Of a stretch of DNA of 64,000 nt, positions 36,209 through 45,754 are shown piece after piece. The stretch comes from Vulcanimicrobiota bacterium (lineage in GTDB: Bacteria; Vulcanimicrobiota; Vulcanimicrobiia; Vulcanimicrobiales; Vulcanimicrobiaceae), in contig CAVTCS010000003.1 of assembly GCA_963733295.1 (NCBI GenBank), forward strand, positions 160,001-224,000, written 5' to 3'. The position numbers and the translations under genes are program-made. The notes beneath the pieces are model-generated. The model was not told the DNA's origin. It saw nothing but the letters and a program-made list of their open reading frames with translations, and did no database searches. Numbering within the stretch: position 1 is the first letter of the stretch; each line of letters opens with the position of its first letter.

Positions 36209-37093
36209 TCAGGAACGGCCGTCTGCGCCGGGCGTCTCGTAGCGCTTGCGCTCGAGGTCGCGAGCTAGGCGTACGAGCGCCGCGATGCGCCCGTTCACCG
36301 TCGATTTCTTTGCCGGCGGGTTGCACCGGCGTCCTAGCTCCGTCAGCGTGTCGGTCGGGTGACGGAGCCGTAATTCCGCGACTTCGCGCAGCGGCGCGGA
36401 GAGATTGCGCAGCCCGAACGCGTCGGCGACGAGCGCGATCAGTTCGCTCTGCGCCGCCGCGGCCGTCGCCGCCCGCTCGACGTTCGCGGCCTCCGTGTTG
36501 ACCAAGCGGTGGATGCGGTTCTTCGTTTCCTTGAGCGCGCGGACGTCTTCGAGATGAAGGATCGCGCCCGATGCGCCGATCGAGGCGAGAAGCCGCGTGA
36601 TCTGTTCGATGTCCTTGAAATACACCAGCGGCTTGCCTTTGCGCGGCACGGTTTTGGGCGTGCACCCTTCGGCGCGCAGCAACGCGACGAGACGCTCCGC
36701 ACCGGCGGCGTTCGGCGGCACGAACTCGAGGTGATAGCCGCGCGCCGGTTCGGCCAGCGAACCGCACGCCAGAAAGGCGCCGCGCAACTCCATGCGGCGA
36801 TCGCAGCGAGCCGGCGGAATACGCGCAGACGAGACCGCTTCGACCTCGATCTCGTAGACGGGCGAACGGCGCAAGCGGGGAGCCGAGGTCTTGCGGAGCG
36901 TACCGCGCTTACGCTCGCCGAGCAGCGACCACAACAACCGCGCGATCGCGGGACGCCCGGTTCGAAAGAAATGACCCTCGGTCGAACGGCCGAACGTCAC
37001 GAGTCCGCGCTCGAGAGCGCGGCGACAGTGTTCCGCGGCCGGAACGTCGCGCGTCAGCGCGTCCTTTGCGTCGGCCGAGAGCGTCGAGCTCAC
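36209..37093 (-). CDS. whiA: DNA-binding protein WhiA
   Basis: LRGAFLACGS..P..YHLE, RLVNTEAAN, C-terminal HTH; upstream of gap. GTG overlaps the S4 gene stop. Confidence 0.88.
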   Translation of the reverse strand: MSSTLSADAKDALTRDVPAAEHCRRALERGLVTFGRSTEGHFFRTGRPAIARLLWSLLGERKRGTLRKTSAPRLRRSPVYEIEVEAVSSARIPPARCDRRMELRGAFLACGSLAEPARGYHLEFVPPNAAGAERLVALLRAEGCTPKTVPRKGKPLVYFKDIEQITRLLASIGASGAILHLEDVRALKETKNRIHRLVNTEAANVERAATAAAAQSELIALVADAFGLRNLSAPLREVAELRLRHPTDTLTELGRRCNPPAKKSTVNGRIAALVRLARDLERKRYETPGADGRS

Positions 37094-37392
37094 GCCGGGG
37101 AACGCCGCGCCGGACCGTCCAGCCAATCGACCGGATCGTCGCGCCGCTCCTCGAGAATCTCGTAGAGCTCGACGTCGCGCAAGGCCGGCGTTATTTTCTC
37201 CGGGACGAGCGAGATGCGCACGGTCAAGAACTTGCGCGCGTAGTGCAAGATGAGAACGTCGCCCGCCTTGACCTCAGCGCCCGGCTTCAGCGCCCGGCCG
37301 TCCCGCGTGATGCGCCCTGCGACCAGCGCCTCGTGCGCCTCCGAGCGCCGTTTCGCCAGTCGCGAAACCTTGAGGAACTTATCTATTCGCAC
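37090..37392 (-). CDS. S4-domain RNA-binding protein (YabO/RqcP/HslR-like)
   Basis: MRIDKFLKVSRLAKRR...KPG.EVKAGD; follows mazG as in the Bacillus yabN-yabO order. Confidence 0.88.
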   Translation of the reverse strand: MRIDKFLKVSRLAKRRSEAHEALVAGRITRDGRALKPGAEVKAGDVLILHYARKFLTVRISLVPEKITPALRDVELYEILEERRDDPVDWLDGPARRSPA

Positions 37393-37406
37393 GCGGTGAT
37401 GAGTGG

Positions 37407-37503
37407 CGGGGCCCCGCGCGCTTTGCGTGCGGGGGCGCGGAGCCGCGCAGCGGCGGAGTGACTTTCAAATCTCGGGGCCCCCACGCTGCTCCGCAGCGTG
37501 GGG
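37407..37503. repeat. Pair of REP-like GC palindromes
   Basis: CCCCGCGCGC-ttt-GCGTGCGGGG (37412-37434) and CCCCACGCTGC-tcc-GCAGCGTGGGG (37479-37503), each introduced by CGGGGCCCC. Confidence 0.5.
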
Positions 37504-37878
37504 AACGACGCATGTGCCGACGGCGCGCACGACGACGATCGGGGGATCCAAGACGTCGGCAGCGCTGGGCGAGCGCTCGGGGCGCGCCGCGACGACCTTG
37601 CGGGCTTCGAAGACGATCTCGCGAGAACGGTTTCCGAAGCGCACGATCCGGCCTTCCGCTTCGATGTAGTCGCCCGCGAAGACGGGAGCGAGAAATTCGA
37701 CCGATGCGTACGACGCGAACAGACCCTCGTCGCCGTCGCTGCGAATCAGCAACTCCGTAGCGACGTCGCCGAAGAGTCCGAGGATGCGCGCGCCGTCGAC
37801 GAGGGATCCGCCGTAGTGCGCGTCGTGCGCGCTCATGCGGACGCGAATTTTGACGGGCTCCGACTCCCGCGCGCTCAC
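37465..37878 (-). CDS. kal: 3-aminobutyryl-CoA ammonia-lyase (hotdog fold)
   Basis: [77 protein letters not shown] overlaps the mazG stop. Confidence 0.85.
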   Translation of the reverse strand: MSARESEPVKIRVRMSAHDAHYGGSLVDGARILGLFGDVATELLIRSDGDEGLFASYASVEFLAPVFAGDYIEAEGRIVRFGNRSREIVFEARKVVAARPERSPSAADVLDPPIVVVRAVGTCVVPHAAEQRGGPEI

Positions 37879-39059
37879 GCCGCTTGCGTCTTCGCCAGCT
37901 GCCAGAGCTCTTCGAGCTCGTCGAGCGAAAGGTCGTCGAGCGCCCGGCCCTGATGTTCGGCGCGGCGCTCCATGAAGTTGAAGCGGCGGTAGAACTTCTC
38001 GTTCGCCTCGCGCAACGCGCCCTCCGCGTCGTAGCCGAGCACGCGCGAAAAGTTGACAAAGCTGAAGAGCAGGTCGCCGAACTCCTCGCGGATGCGTTCC
38101 GGGTCGCCTTCGCGGCGTGCGGCCTCGAGTTCGGCGGTTTCTTCGGCGATCTTCGCGCGCACGCCGTCGAGGTCGGGCCAATCGAAGCCGACCCGCGACG
38201 CTTTGTCTTGCATTTTCTGCGCGCGCTGCAACGCGCCCAAACCCTTGGGAATGCCGTCGAGCTTGCTCTTGCGCTGCCGGCCGGCGGGCTCGAGCGCCTT
38301 GAGCTGCTCCCAGTTCTTCCACACTTCCGAAACGCTCGCGACAGCCTGATCGCCGAAGACGTGCGGGTGGCGCCGGATCATTTTGTTGGAGAGCGAGTCG
38401 ACGACGTCGGCAATCGAAAACTTACCGCGCTCGGTCGCCAGCTGCGAGTGAAAGACGATCTGCAGCAAGAGGTCGCCGAGTTCTTCGCACAGGTCGCCCG
38501 AGTTGTTGCCCTCGATCGCGTCGACGACCTCGTACGTTTCTTCGATGAGATACGGGATGAGCGATGCGTGCGTCTGCTCCCGATCCCACGGACACGAGCG
38601 GCGCAGGCGCGCCATCACCTCGACCAGATCGTCCCACGTGTGGTGGTCCGAAGCCGGCGGAAGCGGAACCAGCGGCATCGAGATCGAGGCCGAGAGCGTA
38701 GCACGCGGCATGCCGGGAACCAGCTCGCAGCGCATTCCTTTGCGTTCGAGGGCGCGCAAGAGCAAAGGCAAACCGGGAAAGTCCGAGAGCGGATTTCCGA
38801 GAACGCCCAGCGCGAGATCCTCGTCGTCGAGTCCGGCGGCGAACGCCTCGATCTCGTCGCTCGAACCGCGCACGAAGAGCGCGGGCTGCGCGATCCGGTC
38901 GCGCACGAGCGAGACGCCCTCGCTCTCGAGAAAGAGCGCGAGTTCGGGCGGCGCGAGCAGGGTGACGGCGCGGCCCACCGCGCGAAGCGCCTCGAGGCTG
39001 CCGAGCGTCACGAGATCCGGGTCGCCGGGCCCAAGGCCAACGATGCGGATCAGAGCCAC
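37875..39059 (-). CDS. mazG: YabN-like protein: tetrapyrrole-methylase-like N-terminus plus MazG nucleoside triphosphate pyrophosphohydrolase
   Basis: [56 protein letters not shown] before GTG 39059. Confidence 0.92.
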   Translation of the reverse strand: MALIRIVGLGPGDPDLVTLGSLEALRAVGRAVTLLAPPELALFLESEGVSLVRDRIAQPALFVRGSSDEIEAFAAGLDDEDLALGVLGNPLSDFPGLPLLLRALERKGMRCELVPGMPRATLSASISMPLVPLPPASDHHTWDDLVEVMARLRRSCPWDREQTHASLIPYLIEETYEVVDAIEGNNSGDLCEELGDLLLQIVFHSQLATERGKFSIADVVDSLSNKMIRRHPHVFGDQAVASVSEVWKNWEQLKALEPAGRQRKSKLDGIPKGLGALQRAQKMQDKASRVGFDWPDLDGVRAKIAEETAELEAARREGDPERIREEFGDLLFSFVNFSRVLGYDAEGALREANEKFYRRFNFMERRAEHQGRALDDLSLDELEELWQLAKTQAA

Positions 39060-39126
39060 GGCGACGTCTCCACGCTGACGGCGATTTCGACCCCGGGATG
39101 CTCGCGGCATCCCGGGGTACGGATCG

Positions 39127-40080
39127 CTACTTCGGAGCTGAGCCCGGAGCGGCGCCACCCTGCCCGGCGGGCGGCACCGGCGGCAGCGCCTCCTTCAGGA
39201 GGGGATCGTAGATGTCGATCTTCGCTTTCGCGCGCAGTCCTTGCAAGAAGAGCGGGATTTGCTGGGACTCTTTCTGCTGCTTGAGCTGCGCTCTGATTTT
39301 GTCGCCCGAGTTGGCCATCGTCGCGACGACGGCCGGTTTCTTCTCCTCGACGACGATGATGTGGTAACCGAACGGCGATTTCACCGGGGGTCCCACGACG
39401 CCGATCGGCTGCGTGAATGCCGCGGCCTGAAACGCCGGCACCATCTGACCCTTTGCGAAGAATCCAAGCTCGCCGCCCTTCGCTTTGCTCGAAGGATCGG
39501 TCGAATACTTCGTGGCGAGTTCCTCAAAGCTCTTGCCCGCTTTGAGCTGGCTTTCGACGTCGTTGGCCGTCTTGAGGTCGGGCACGAGAATGTGTTTGGC
39601 GCGCACTTGCTCGCCGGTGTCCAGCATCGCGTGGTTCTTGGCTAGATACGCCTGCACGTCGGCATCGCTGACGGTGATCTGTGAGCTGACCGCTTTTTCG
39701 AGGATCAACTGCTCGCGCAGGATGCGGTCCACGTCGGCTTCGGTGAGATTCTGGTTCTTCAGGAGCATGTCGAACTGCCCAGGCGGATATTTCGAACGAA
39801 TCTCATCCTCTTTTTTCTTGACGTCTGCGGAGGAGATGTCGATGTGATTGTCTTTCGCGTACTGATCGATCAGCATGCCTTGAATCATCTGATTGAGCGC
39901 GGCTTTGCCCGCGGGCCCTTGCTCGAGGCGGGCGTCGAACTCGGTTCGGGTGATCGCTTGACCGTTGACCGAAGCCACGCTTGGGCCGCTGGCACCGGCA
40001 GTGTTGTTGGAGCACGCGGCGAGCGAGGCCCCGAACAGGACGGTTCCGAGAGCGGCGGCGAGGCGGGACGCGTGGGGCAT
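39127..40080 (-). CDS. prsA: PrsA-like parvulin peptidyl-prolyl isomerase (lipoprotein)
   Basis: Lipobox LAAC, VRAKHILV, YSTD, GGELGFF, MVPAF, SPFGYHII. Confidence 0.88.
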   Translation of the reverse strand: MPHASRLAAALGTVLFGASLAACSNNTAGASGPSVASVNGQAITRTEFDARLEQGPAGKAALNQMIQGMLIDQYAKDNHIDISSADVKKKEDEIRSKYPPGQFDMLLKNQNLTEADVDRILREQLILEKAVSSQITVSDADVQAYLAKNHAMLDTGEQVRAKHILVPDLKTANDVESQLKAGKSFEELATKYSTDPSSKAKGGELGFFAKGQMVPAFQAAAFTQPIGVVGPPVKSPFGYHIIVVEEKKPAVVATMANSGDKIRAQLKQQKESQQIPLFLQGLRAKAKIDIYDPLLKEALPPVPPAGQGGAAPGSAPK

Positions 40081-40180
40081 AAAAAAAACTCCAGAAGGAC
40101 GAATTTGGGCGGAGCCCCTGAGACCCCGCAAACTCCGCGAGTTTCGCGCCGGGAGCTGAATTTCTCCTGCCCTGCCGCGC

Positions 40181-43100
40181 TTACAAGGCGACGAGGAGCG
40201 CGCGGAGGAGGGGTAAGCTCTGAGCCGCGGCCATTTGCTTCGGCAGGTCGACCAAGATGCGGCCGTCCGTAAAACGGAAGCGGTTCTTAGTCAGCGACTG
40301 GAGCTTGGGGATCGCCGTAGGTGCGATCGCAAACCCGCTCCCGACGCCGAGGGTCAGCCGGCTTTCGTCGATGACGACCCGGGTTACGCCCTTCTCGAGC
40401 GCGATGGTGCGTAGTTTGGTGACCTCGATCAAGTTTTCGAGCGGTTCGGGAAGCGCACCGAAGCGGTCGCGCAGGCCCGCTGCGATCTCGTCCACGGCAC
40501 TCTCGCTGCGCGCTCCGGCCAACTGCTGGTACGCGGCGATCTTCTGAGAGACTTGCGGCACGTAGTCGTTGGGAATGAAGGCGTCGAGCTTGACGTCGAT
40601 GACCGCTTCGCGTTTGGGTTCCGTTGTGGCTTGCCGCCCCTTGCGCTCGGCGATCGCTTGGGCGAGCAACTCGCAGTACGTCTCGAACCCGACCGCTCCG
40701 ATGAATCCCGATTGCGCTGCACCGAGCAGGTTGCCGGCACCGCGAATTTCGAGGTCGCGCATCGCGAGCTGCAGGCCGCTTCCCAAGTGCGCGAATTCGC
40801 GGATCGCTTCTAACCTGGACTTGGCGTCCTCCGAGAGCGCCTTGTGCGCCTGATACAAGAGGTAGGCGTACGCTTGATGGTTGGAGCGTCCGACGCGCCC
40901 GCGCAACTGGTAGAGCTGCGAGAGACCGAACCGGTCCGCATCGTTGACGATGATCGTATTGACGTTGGGGATGTCGATCCCGTTCTCGATGATCGTCGTC
41001 GCGACCAGAACGTCGATGTCGCCGTCGACGAAGCTCGCCATGACCGGTTCGAGTTCGGCCTCGGTCATCTGTCCGTGCCCGATCGCGACGCGCGCCTTGG
41101 GCACGAGCTGCTGGAGCGCGCGGGTCACTCCGTAGATCGAGTCGATGCGGTTGTGCAGGTAGTAGACTTGACCGCCGCGGTCGAGTTCTTGGACGATCGC
41201 TTTTTGCACGATCGCGTCGGAAAACGGCACGACGACCGTCTTGATCGACATGCGATTCTTGGGAGCCGTTTGAATGAGCGAGAGGTCGCGCACGCCGAGC
41301 AGCGACATGTGCAGGGTGCGCGGGATCGGCGTCGCCGACATCGTCATGACGTCGACGGAAGCGCGCATCTGCTTGAGACGTTCCTTGTGCATGACGCCGA
41401 AGCGCTGCTCTTCATCGACGACGATGAGCCCCAGCGCTTTGAAAACAACGTCCTTCTGGAGCAGCCGATGGGTTCCGACGACGACGTCGACCTTTCCGTC
41501 GGCCAAGTCGCGCAGAATCGCCTGCTGCTCCTTGCGCGTCTTGAAACGCGAGAGCTCTTCGATGCGAACGGGGAAGCCGGCGAAGCGCTGCGAGAACGTG
41601 CGGTAGTGCTGCGCGGCGAGCAGCGTGGTCGGCACGAGCACGGCGACTTGGCGCTTGTCGAGGATCGCTTTGAAGGCCGCGCGCACCGCGACTTCCGTTT
41701 TGCCGTAGCCCACGTCGCCGCAGACGAGGCGGTCCATCGGCCTGGCCCGCTCCATGTCGTTCTTGACGTCGTCGATCGCCTTCTGTTGATCGACCGTCGT
41801 GTCGTATGGAAACGCCTCCTCCAGTTCGGCTTGCCAAGGCGAATCCGGAGCGAAGGCGTAGCCGGGCGCTAGTTCGCGCTCGGCATACAGCGCGACGAGC
41901 CCGTCGGCGATCTTCGCGAGGCTTTCCGAGACCTTCGTCTTGGTGCGAGTCCAGTCGGCGCCGCCCATTTTCGAAAGCCGCGGCGCGGCGCCTTCGGAGG
42001 CGCCGTACTTCGTGACCTGATGCATCTGCGTGACCGGCACCAGCATCCGGTCGGTGCCCGCATACTTCAGATCTAAATAATCGCTCGTCGCACCGAGGAT
42101 CGTTTCGGTGCGCAGTCCGAGATATTGACCGATGCCGTGCACCGCGTGCACGACGTAGTCGCCGACTTTGAGGTCGCCCAGGGTGACCGGGACGCCTTCC
42201 TTGACGGCGCGGAGCTTGATTCGCTTGGGAGGCTGTCCGAAGATTTCGCGGTCACCCAGCACCCGCAAACGCAGGCCGGGAATCGCGAAACCGCTCTCGA
42301 TGTTCCCCTGATCGACGAACGCGACGCCGCCGCGCGTCATCCCCGGTGCCTGCCCGACGAACGAAGCGCTGCCGCTCTCGCGTAAGTGCAGCAGCGTCGG
42401 GCGGCGCTCGACGGCGATGTCCGCAGCTTGCAACATTTCCGCCAAGCGCGAAGCGCCCGCCGAAACGAGCGCGACCGTCTCGCCGGCATCGATCCACTCT
42501 TTCGCAGCGGCGATGAAGAGCGAGACTTGCCGGTTAAAGTGTTCGACCGGACGCGTTTCGAGGACGAAGGACTCGAGCGAACGCGGCAGCCACGGCGTAG
42601 GTTCACCTTCGATGGCGCCCGGAATCAGGAGCGTGCTGCGCTGCGCGAACGAGCTGCCGAGAGAAGCGAGGGTCGGATGCGGCGCCGCGACTTCGGCGAG
42701 AAGCGCTTCGCCGACGGCGTCTTCGTCGACGGAGAGTTCGCCGGACTCGACCGCGGCGAGCAGCACTTGCTCTTCACGCGAGCGCTCGTCGTCGAGGCCG
42801 CTTTCGACGCGCGCCAGCATGCTCGGCTCCTCGAGAACGACCACAGCGCCGGGCGCGAGGTAGTCGAGGAGCGTCTCGCGTTCCGCGTACGCGAGCGGCA
42901 ACCACGCCTCGGGAATCTCGGCCCCTCCGGCCAGATAACTTCGCGCCGCGGAGACGACCGGTGCGCGACCTTCGATTCCCGCGAGCACGCGCTCGCGCCG
43001 GGCGTCCTCGCGCGAGATCTCGCTCCAAGGAACGATCGCGATGCGCTCGAGGCTCTCGTTGCTCCGTTGCGTCACGAGGTCGAAGCTGCGGATGCTTTCG

Positions 43101-43654
43101 ATCTCGTCGCCGAAAAATTCGATGCGCGCAGGGGCCGCGGCGGTTGCCGTCCAGAGGTCGACGATTCCCCCGCGAACCGCGTACTCGCCGGCGGCCGCCA
43201 CCACGTCGCTGCGGTGATAGCCGAGTTCGTAGAGCCGCTCTTGCAGGGCGTCAAAGCCGATGCTCGCACCGCGTTCGAGGCTGAATGAAAGCGCGCCGAA
43301 GTCCGAGCGCGGCACCACGTACTGCCGCAACGCGGCCAGCGGAGCGACGGCGAGCAGCGGTTTACCCGCCATCAAGTCGGCGAGTAGCGAGATGCGCGCG
43401 CTGCGCTCCGACGGGCTTTCGATGACGCCGACGCTCTCCTCGCGCGGCCGGACCAAGGTCAGGTGCGCGCTGTCTTCGGCCAGGTAGTAACTCAGATCGG
43501 CGAAGGTGCGCTCGGCGACGTCGGCTGTCGGGACCACGACCAAGAACTGCGTCCGAAGCGCGCGATACAGCCCGGCCAGCAAAAAGGGGCGCCCGCTCGC
43601 GCTCGTTTCGTGGAGTGTGAAAGCTGCCCGATGGGTGCGCAGCCGCTCGAGCAA
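40181..43654 (-). CDS. mfd: Transcription-repair coupling factor
   Basis: VRGGIVD, GDYVVHAVHGIG, GDVGYGKTEV, DEEQRFGV, QLRGRVGR, TRCF C-terminus. The true start may lie slightly upstream (frame open to 43756). Confidence 0.96.
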   Translation of the reverse strand: MLERLRTHRAAFTLHETSASGRPFLLAGLYRALRTQFLVVVPTADVAERTFADLSYYLAEDSAHLTLVRPREESVGVIESPSERSARISLLADLMAGKPLLAVAPLAALRQYVVPRSDFGALSFSLERGASIGFDALQERLYELGYHRSDVVAAAGEYAVRGGIVDLWTATAAAPARIEFFGDEIESIRSFDLVTQRSNESLERIAIVPWSEISREDARRERVLAGIEGRAPVVSAARSYLAGGAEIPEAWLPLAYAERETLLDYLAPGAVVVLEEPSMLARVESGLDDERSREEQVLLAAVESGELSVDEDAVGEALLAEVAAPHPTLASLGSSFAQRSTLLIPGAIEGEPTPWLPRSLESFVLETRPVEHFNRQVSLFIAAAKEWIDAGETVALVSAGASRLAEMLQAADIAVERRPTLLHLRESGSASFVGQAPGMTRGGVAFVDQGNIESGFAIPGLRLRVLGDREIFGQPPKRIKLRAVKEGVPVTLGDLKVGDYVVHAVHGIGQYLGLRTETILGATSDYLDLKYAGTDRMLVPVTQMHQVTKYGASEGAAPRLSKMGGADWTRTKTKVSESLAKIADGLVALYAERELAPGYAFAPDSPWQAELEEAFPYDTTVDQQKAIDDVKNDMERARPMDRLVCGDVGYGKTEVAVRAAFKAILDKRQVAVLVPTTLLAAQHYRTFSQRFAGFPVRIEELSRFKTRKEQQAILRDLADGKVDVVVGTHRLLQKDVVFKALGLIVVDEEQRFGVMHKERLKQMRASVDVMTMSATPIPRTLHMSLLGVRDLSLIQTAPKNRMSIKTVVVPFSDAIVQKAIVQELDRGGQVYYLHNRIDSIYGVTRALQQLVPKARVAIGHGQMTEAELEPVMASFVDGDIDVLVATTIIENGIDIPNVNTIIVNDADRFGLSQLYQLRGRVGRSNHQAYAYLLYQAHKALSEDAKSRLEAIREFAHLGSGLQLAMRDLEIRGAGNLLGAAQSGFIGAVGFETYCELLAQAIAERKGRQATTEPKREAVIDVKLDAFIPNDYVPQVSQKIAAYQQLAGARSESAVDEIAAGLRDRFGALPEPLENLIEVTKLRTIALEKGVTRVVIDESRLTLGVGSGFAIAPTAIPKLQSLTKNRFRFTDGRILVDLPKQMAAAQSLPLLRALLVAL

Positions 43655-43793
43655 GCCTGCGAGCGGGCGGCTAGAGCTGGGTAAGGCACGGACGAGCGTC
43701 GGCGCGAGCGTGGCGATGGATGGAAACCCCTGTGGACGGCCGACTGCCTTTCGCCGCTAGCGAGCCGCCTCATCTCGGAAGAGCGGTCGCCGC

Positions 43794-44687
43794 TCAAGCC
43801 AAGAGCGGCAGCGGATCGAAGACGACGTTGATGGGCGTTTCGTCGGCGTAGCGCTCGAGCGAGTGTCCGCGCGTGCCGTCGCCGTTCAAACGCGAGCAGC
43901 GATACCCCAATGCCGACATCTGCGCGATGAAATCGTCGGCGCGACTCGCACTGACGGCGCGGAGCTGGCGGTCGTGCAGTTCTGCGAGAATGACCGGCCG
44001 GCCGGCTTCGAGGGTTGCCCGTGAACCGCGGATCACGCGCGGTTCGGCGCCCTCGACGTCCATTTTCAAAAAACTGCAGTGCCGGCCGGCGACGACGTCG
44101 TCGAGCGCGACGGTGGTCACGCTCTCGTCCGCGTGCGCCGGCGGTGGCGTTTCATCGGGCGCGAAGTGCGCGCCGCCGAAGTTCGCGGTGCGCGGCGCGT
44201 GACGCAAGCGCTGCACGCCGGCGCGTTCGTCGAGAGCCAGGCGCTGCACGCTCAGCTGCGCGAAGCCGTTCTCTTTGACGCTTGCCGCCAGAGCTTCGGC
44301 AAGATACGGGACAGGCTCGAAGGCAAGGACGAAACCGGAGTTTCCGACGAGACGGGCCAGGTGCAACGCGTGATAGCCGATGTTCGCGCCGGCGTCCACC
44401 GCGAGGTCTCCCGGCCGCACGGTGGCCGCGATGAAGCGCGTTTCGGCAAGTTCGTAGGCGTCGAGAAGTACCGGCCTGCTGATCGCGCGCTCGTCGAGCG
44501 AACACCAAATGCGGACGCCGAATTCGGTCTCCTTGATGACCCAGGTGTGCGGGTCGAAGCGGTGGATGCCATACGGCACCATGTCCTCGGCGAGCAGCGC
44601 GCCGCGCTGCAAGCGTTGCGCCGCGCGGCGGGCCAGCGCGCCGAGCGGAGTGTGGCGCATCAGCCCGCGCGCGGCTCGAGCGATCAC
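43794..44687 (-). CDS. FkbM family methyltransferase
   Basis: VDAGANIGYH, AFEP, LKMDVEGAE. Confidence 0.88.
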   Translation of the reverse strand: MIARAARGLMRHTPLGALARRAAQRLQRGALLAEDMVPYGIHRFDPHTWVIKETEFGVRIWCSLDERAISRPVLLDAYELAETRFIAATVRPGDLAVDAGANIGYHALHLARLVGNSGFVLAFEPVPYLAEALAASVKENGFAQLSVQRLALDERAGVQRLRHAPRTANFGGAHFAPDETPPPAHADESVTTVALDDVVAGRHCSFLKMDVEGAEPRVIRGSRATLEAGRPVILAELHDRQLRAVSASRADDFIAQMSALGYRCSRLNGDGTRGHSLERYADETPINVVFDPLPLLA

Positions 44688-44700
44688 GCTGCGCCGTTCT

Positions 44701-45243
44701 TCACTTCAAGGTGAGCGAAAGCGTGACGGTCGAGGCGCGGCCATCCACAGTCGATGCGACGAAGTTGACGTCGAACGTGCGGTTGCGCACGAAATCGGGA
44801 ACGTTCGGAATAAAGCCGTCGTATGCGAAGACGCCGGCGGACAGTTCCGGGATCTCGATGTCGCGACCCATCGCGCCCGCCGTCACGCTCACCACCGTAT
44901 CGTTCGTGAGCACGCGTACGTGAACGTCCCCCGGAGCGTAGAGCACGGAATCGGTCAGATCGATCTCGCGGATGCGCGGGGCATCCGGTCGCGCAGCGGG
45001 CGCCGGACTCGGGACGAACACGTAGCGGTAGGTCGGCGTCGGCGCGATCGGCGGCGTCGCCGTAGCTGCCGGCGCAGACGAAGCGCTTGCCGGCGCGGGC
45101 GAAGCGCTAGCCGCCGGGGACGAAGTGGAAAGCGCCGGTAGCGAAGGAGCGGGTGTGGGGTCCGGCCGAGCGCTGCCGTGCGTCACCAGTGCGAGCGCGC
45201 CGCAGCCGAGCACGATGATGGCTGCGAGTGCAGCCCTACCCAA
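44701..45243 (-). CDS. Secreted protein with Pro/Ser/Thr/Ala-rich linker and small beta domain (paralog 1)
   Basis: Signal peptide, low-complexity linker, PRIREIDL...RVLTND...FVASTVDGR. Confidence 0.7.
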   Translation of the reverse strand: MGRAALAAIIVLGCGALALVTHGSARPDPTPAPSLPALSTSSPAASASPAPASASSAPAATATPPIAPTPTYRYVFVPSPAPAARPDAPRIREIDLTDSVLYAPGDVHVRVLTNDTVVSVTAGAMGRDIEIPELSAGVFAYDGFIPNVPDFVRNRTFDVNFVASTVDGRASTVTLSLTLK

Positions 45244-45754
45244 GCGTCACGGGAACTTTGACGCTCGTCGTGCGCCCGTCCGCGGTCGATGCGACGAACT
45301 CGATGTTGACCTTCCAGCCGTGGGCGAGAAACGGAATGCCCGGGATGCTCCCGTTCGCGACGAACTCTCCTGGTGCGGTCTGCTGCAACACGCCGTCACG
45401 CCCGTTGCTGCGGGTCACGACTTTGACGACGTTCGGAGTCGTCAAGACTCGCATCGCAATTTTGCCGTGCGGCGTGAGCTTCTCGTCGTTCAAGTCGATT
45501 TCCAATATCGCGGGATCATCGCTGGCCGCCGAGGGTTTCGGTGAAGGCACGACGCGATACTTGTAGACTGGAGTCGCGGTCGGCGCGGGGCTCGGCGTTG
45601 CGCTCGGCGGGGTGCCGCTCTCATTCGGACTCGGCGTCGGGGCGGCGCTCGGACTCTCGGTGACGGCGGGACCGGACGCCGTCGCTGACGGGCTCGGAAA
45701 CGGCGAGGGGAGCGAAGTTGCGAGCGCAGCCGCGAAGATCAGCGCCGGCGTCAC
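45236..45754 (-). CDS. Secreted protein with Pro/Ser/Thr-rich linker and small beta domain (paralog 2)
   Basis: GTG overlaps the upstream stop; PAILEIDL...RVLTTPNV...FVASTADGR. Confidence 0.7.
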   Translation of the reverse strand: MTPALIFAAALATSLPSPFPSPSATASGPAVTESPSAAPTPSPNESGTPPSATPSPAPTATPVYKYRVVPSPKPSAASDDPAILEIDLNDEKLTPHGKIAMRVLTTPNVVKVVTRSNGRDGVLQQTAPGEFVANGSIPGIPFLAHGWKVNIEFVASTADGRTTSVKVPVTLG

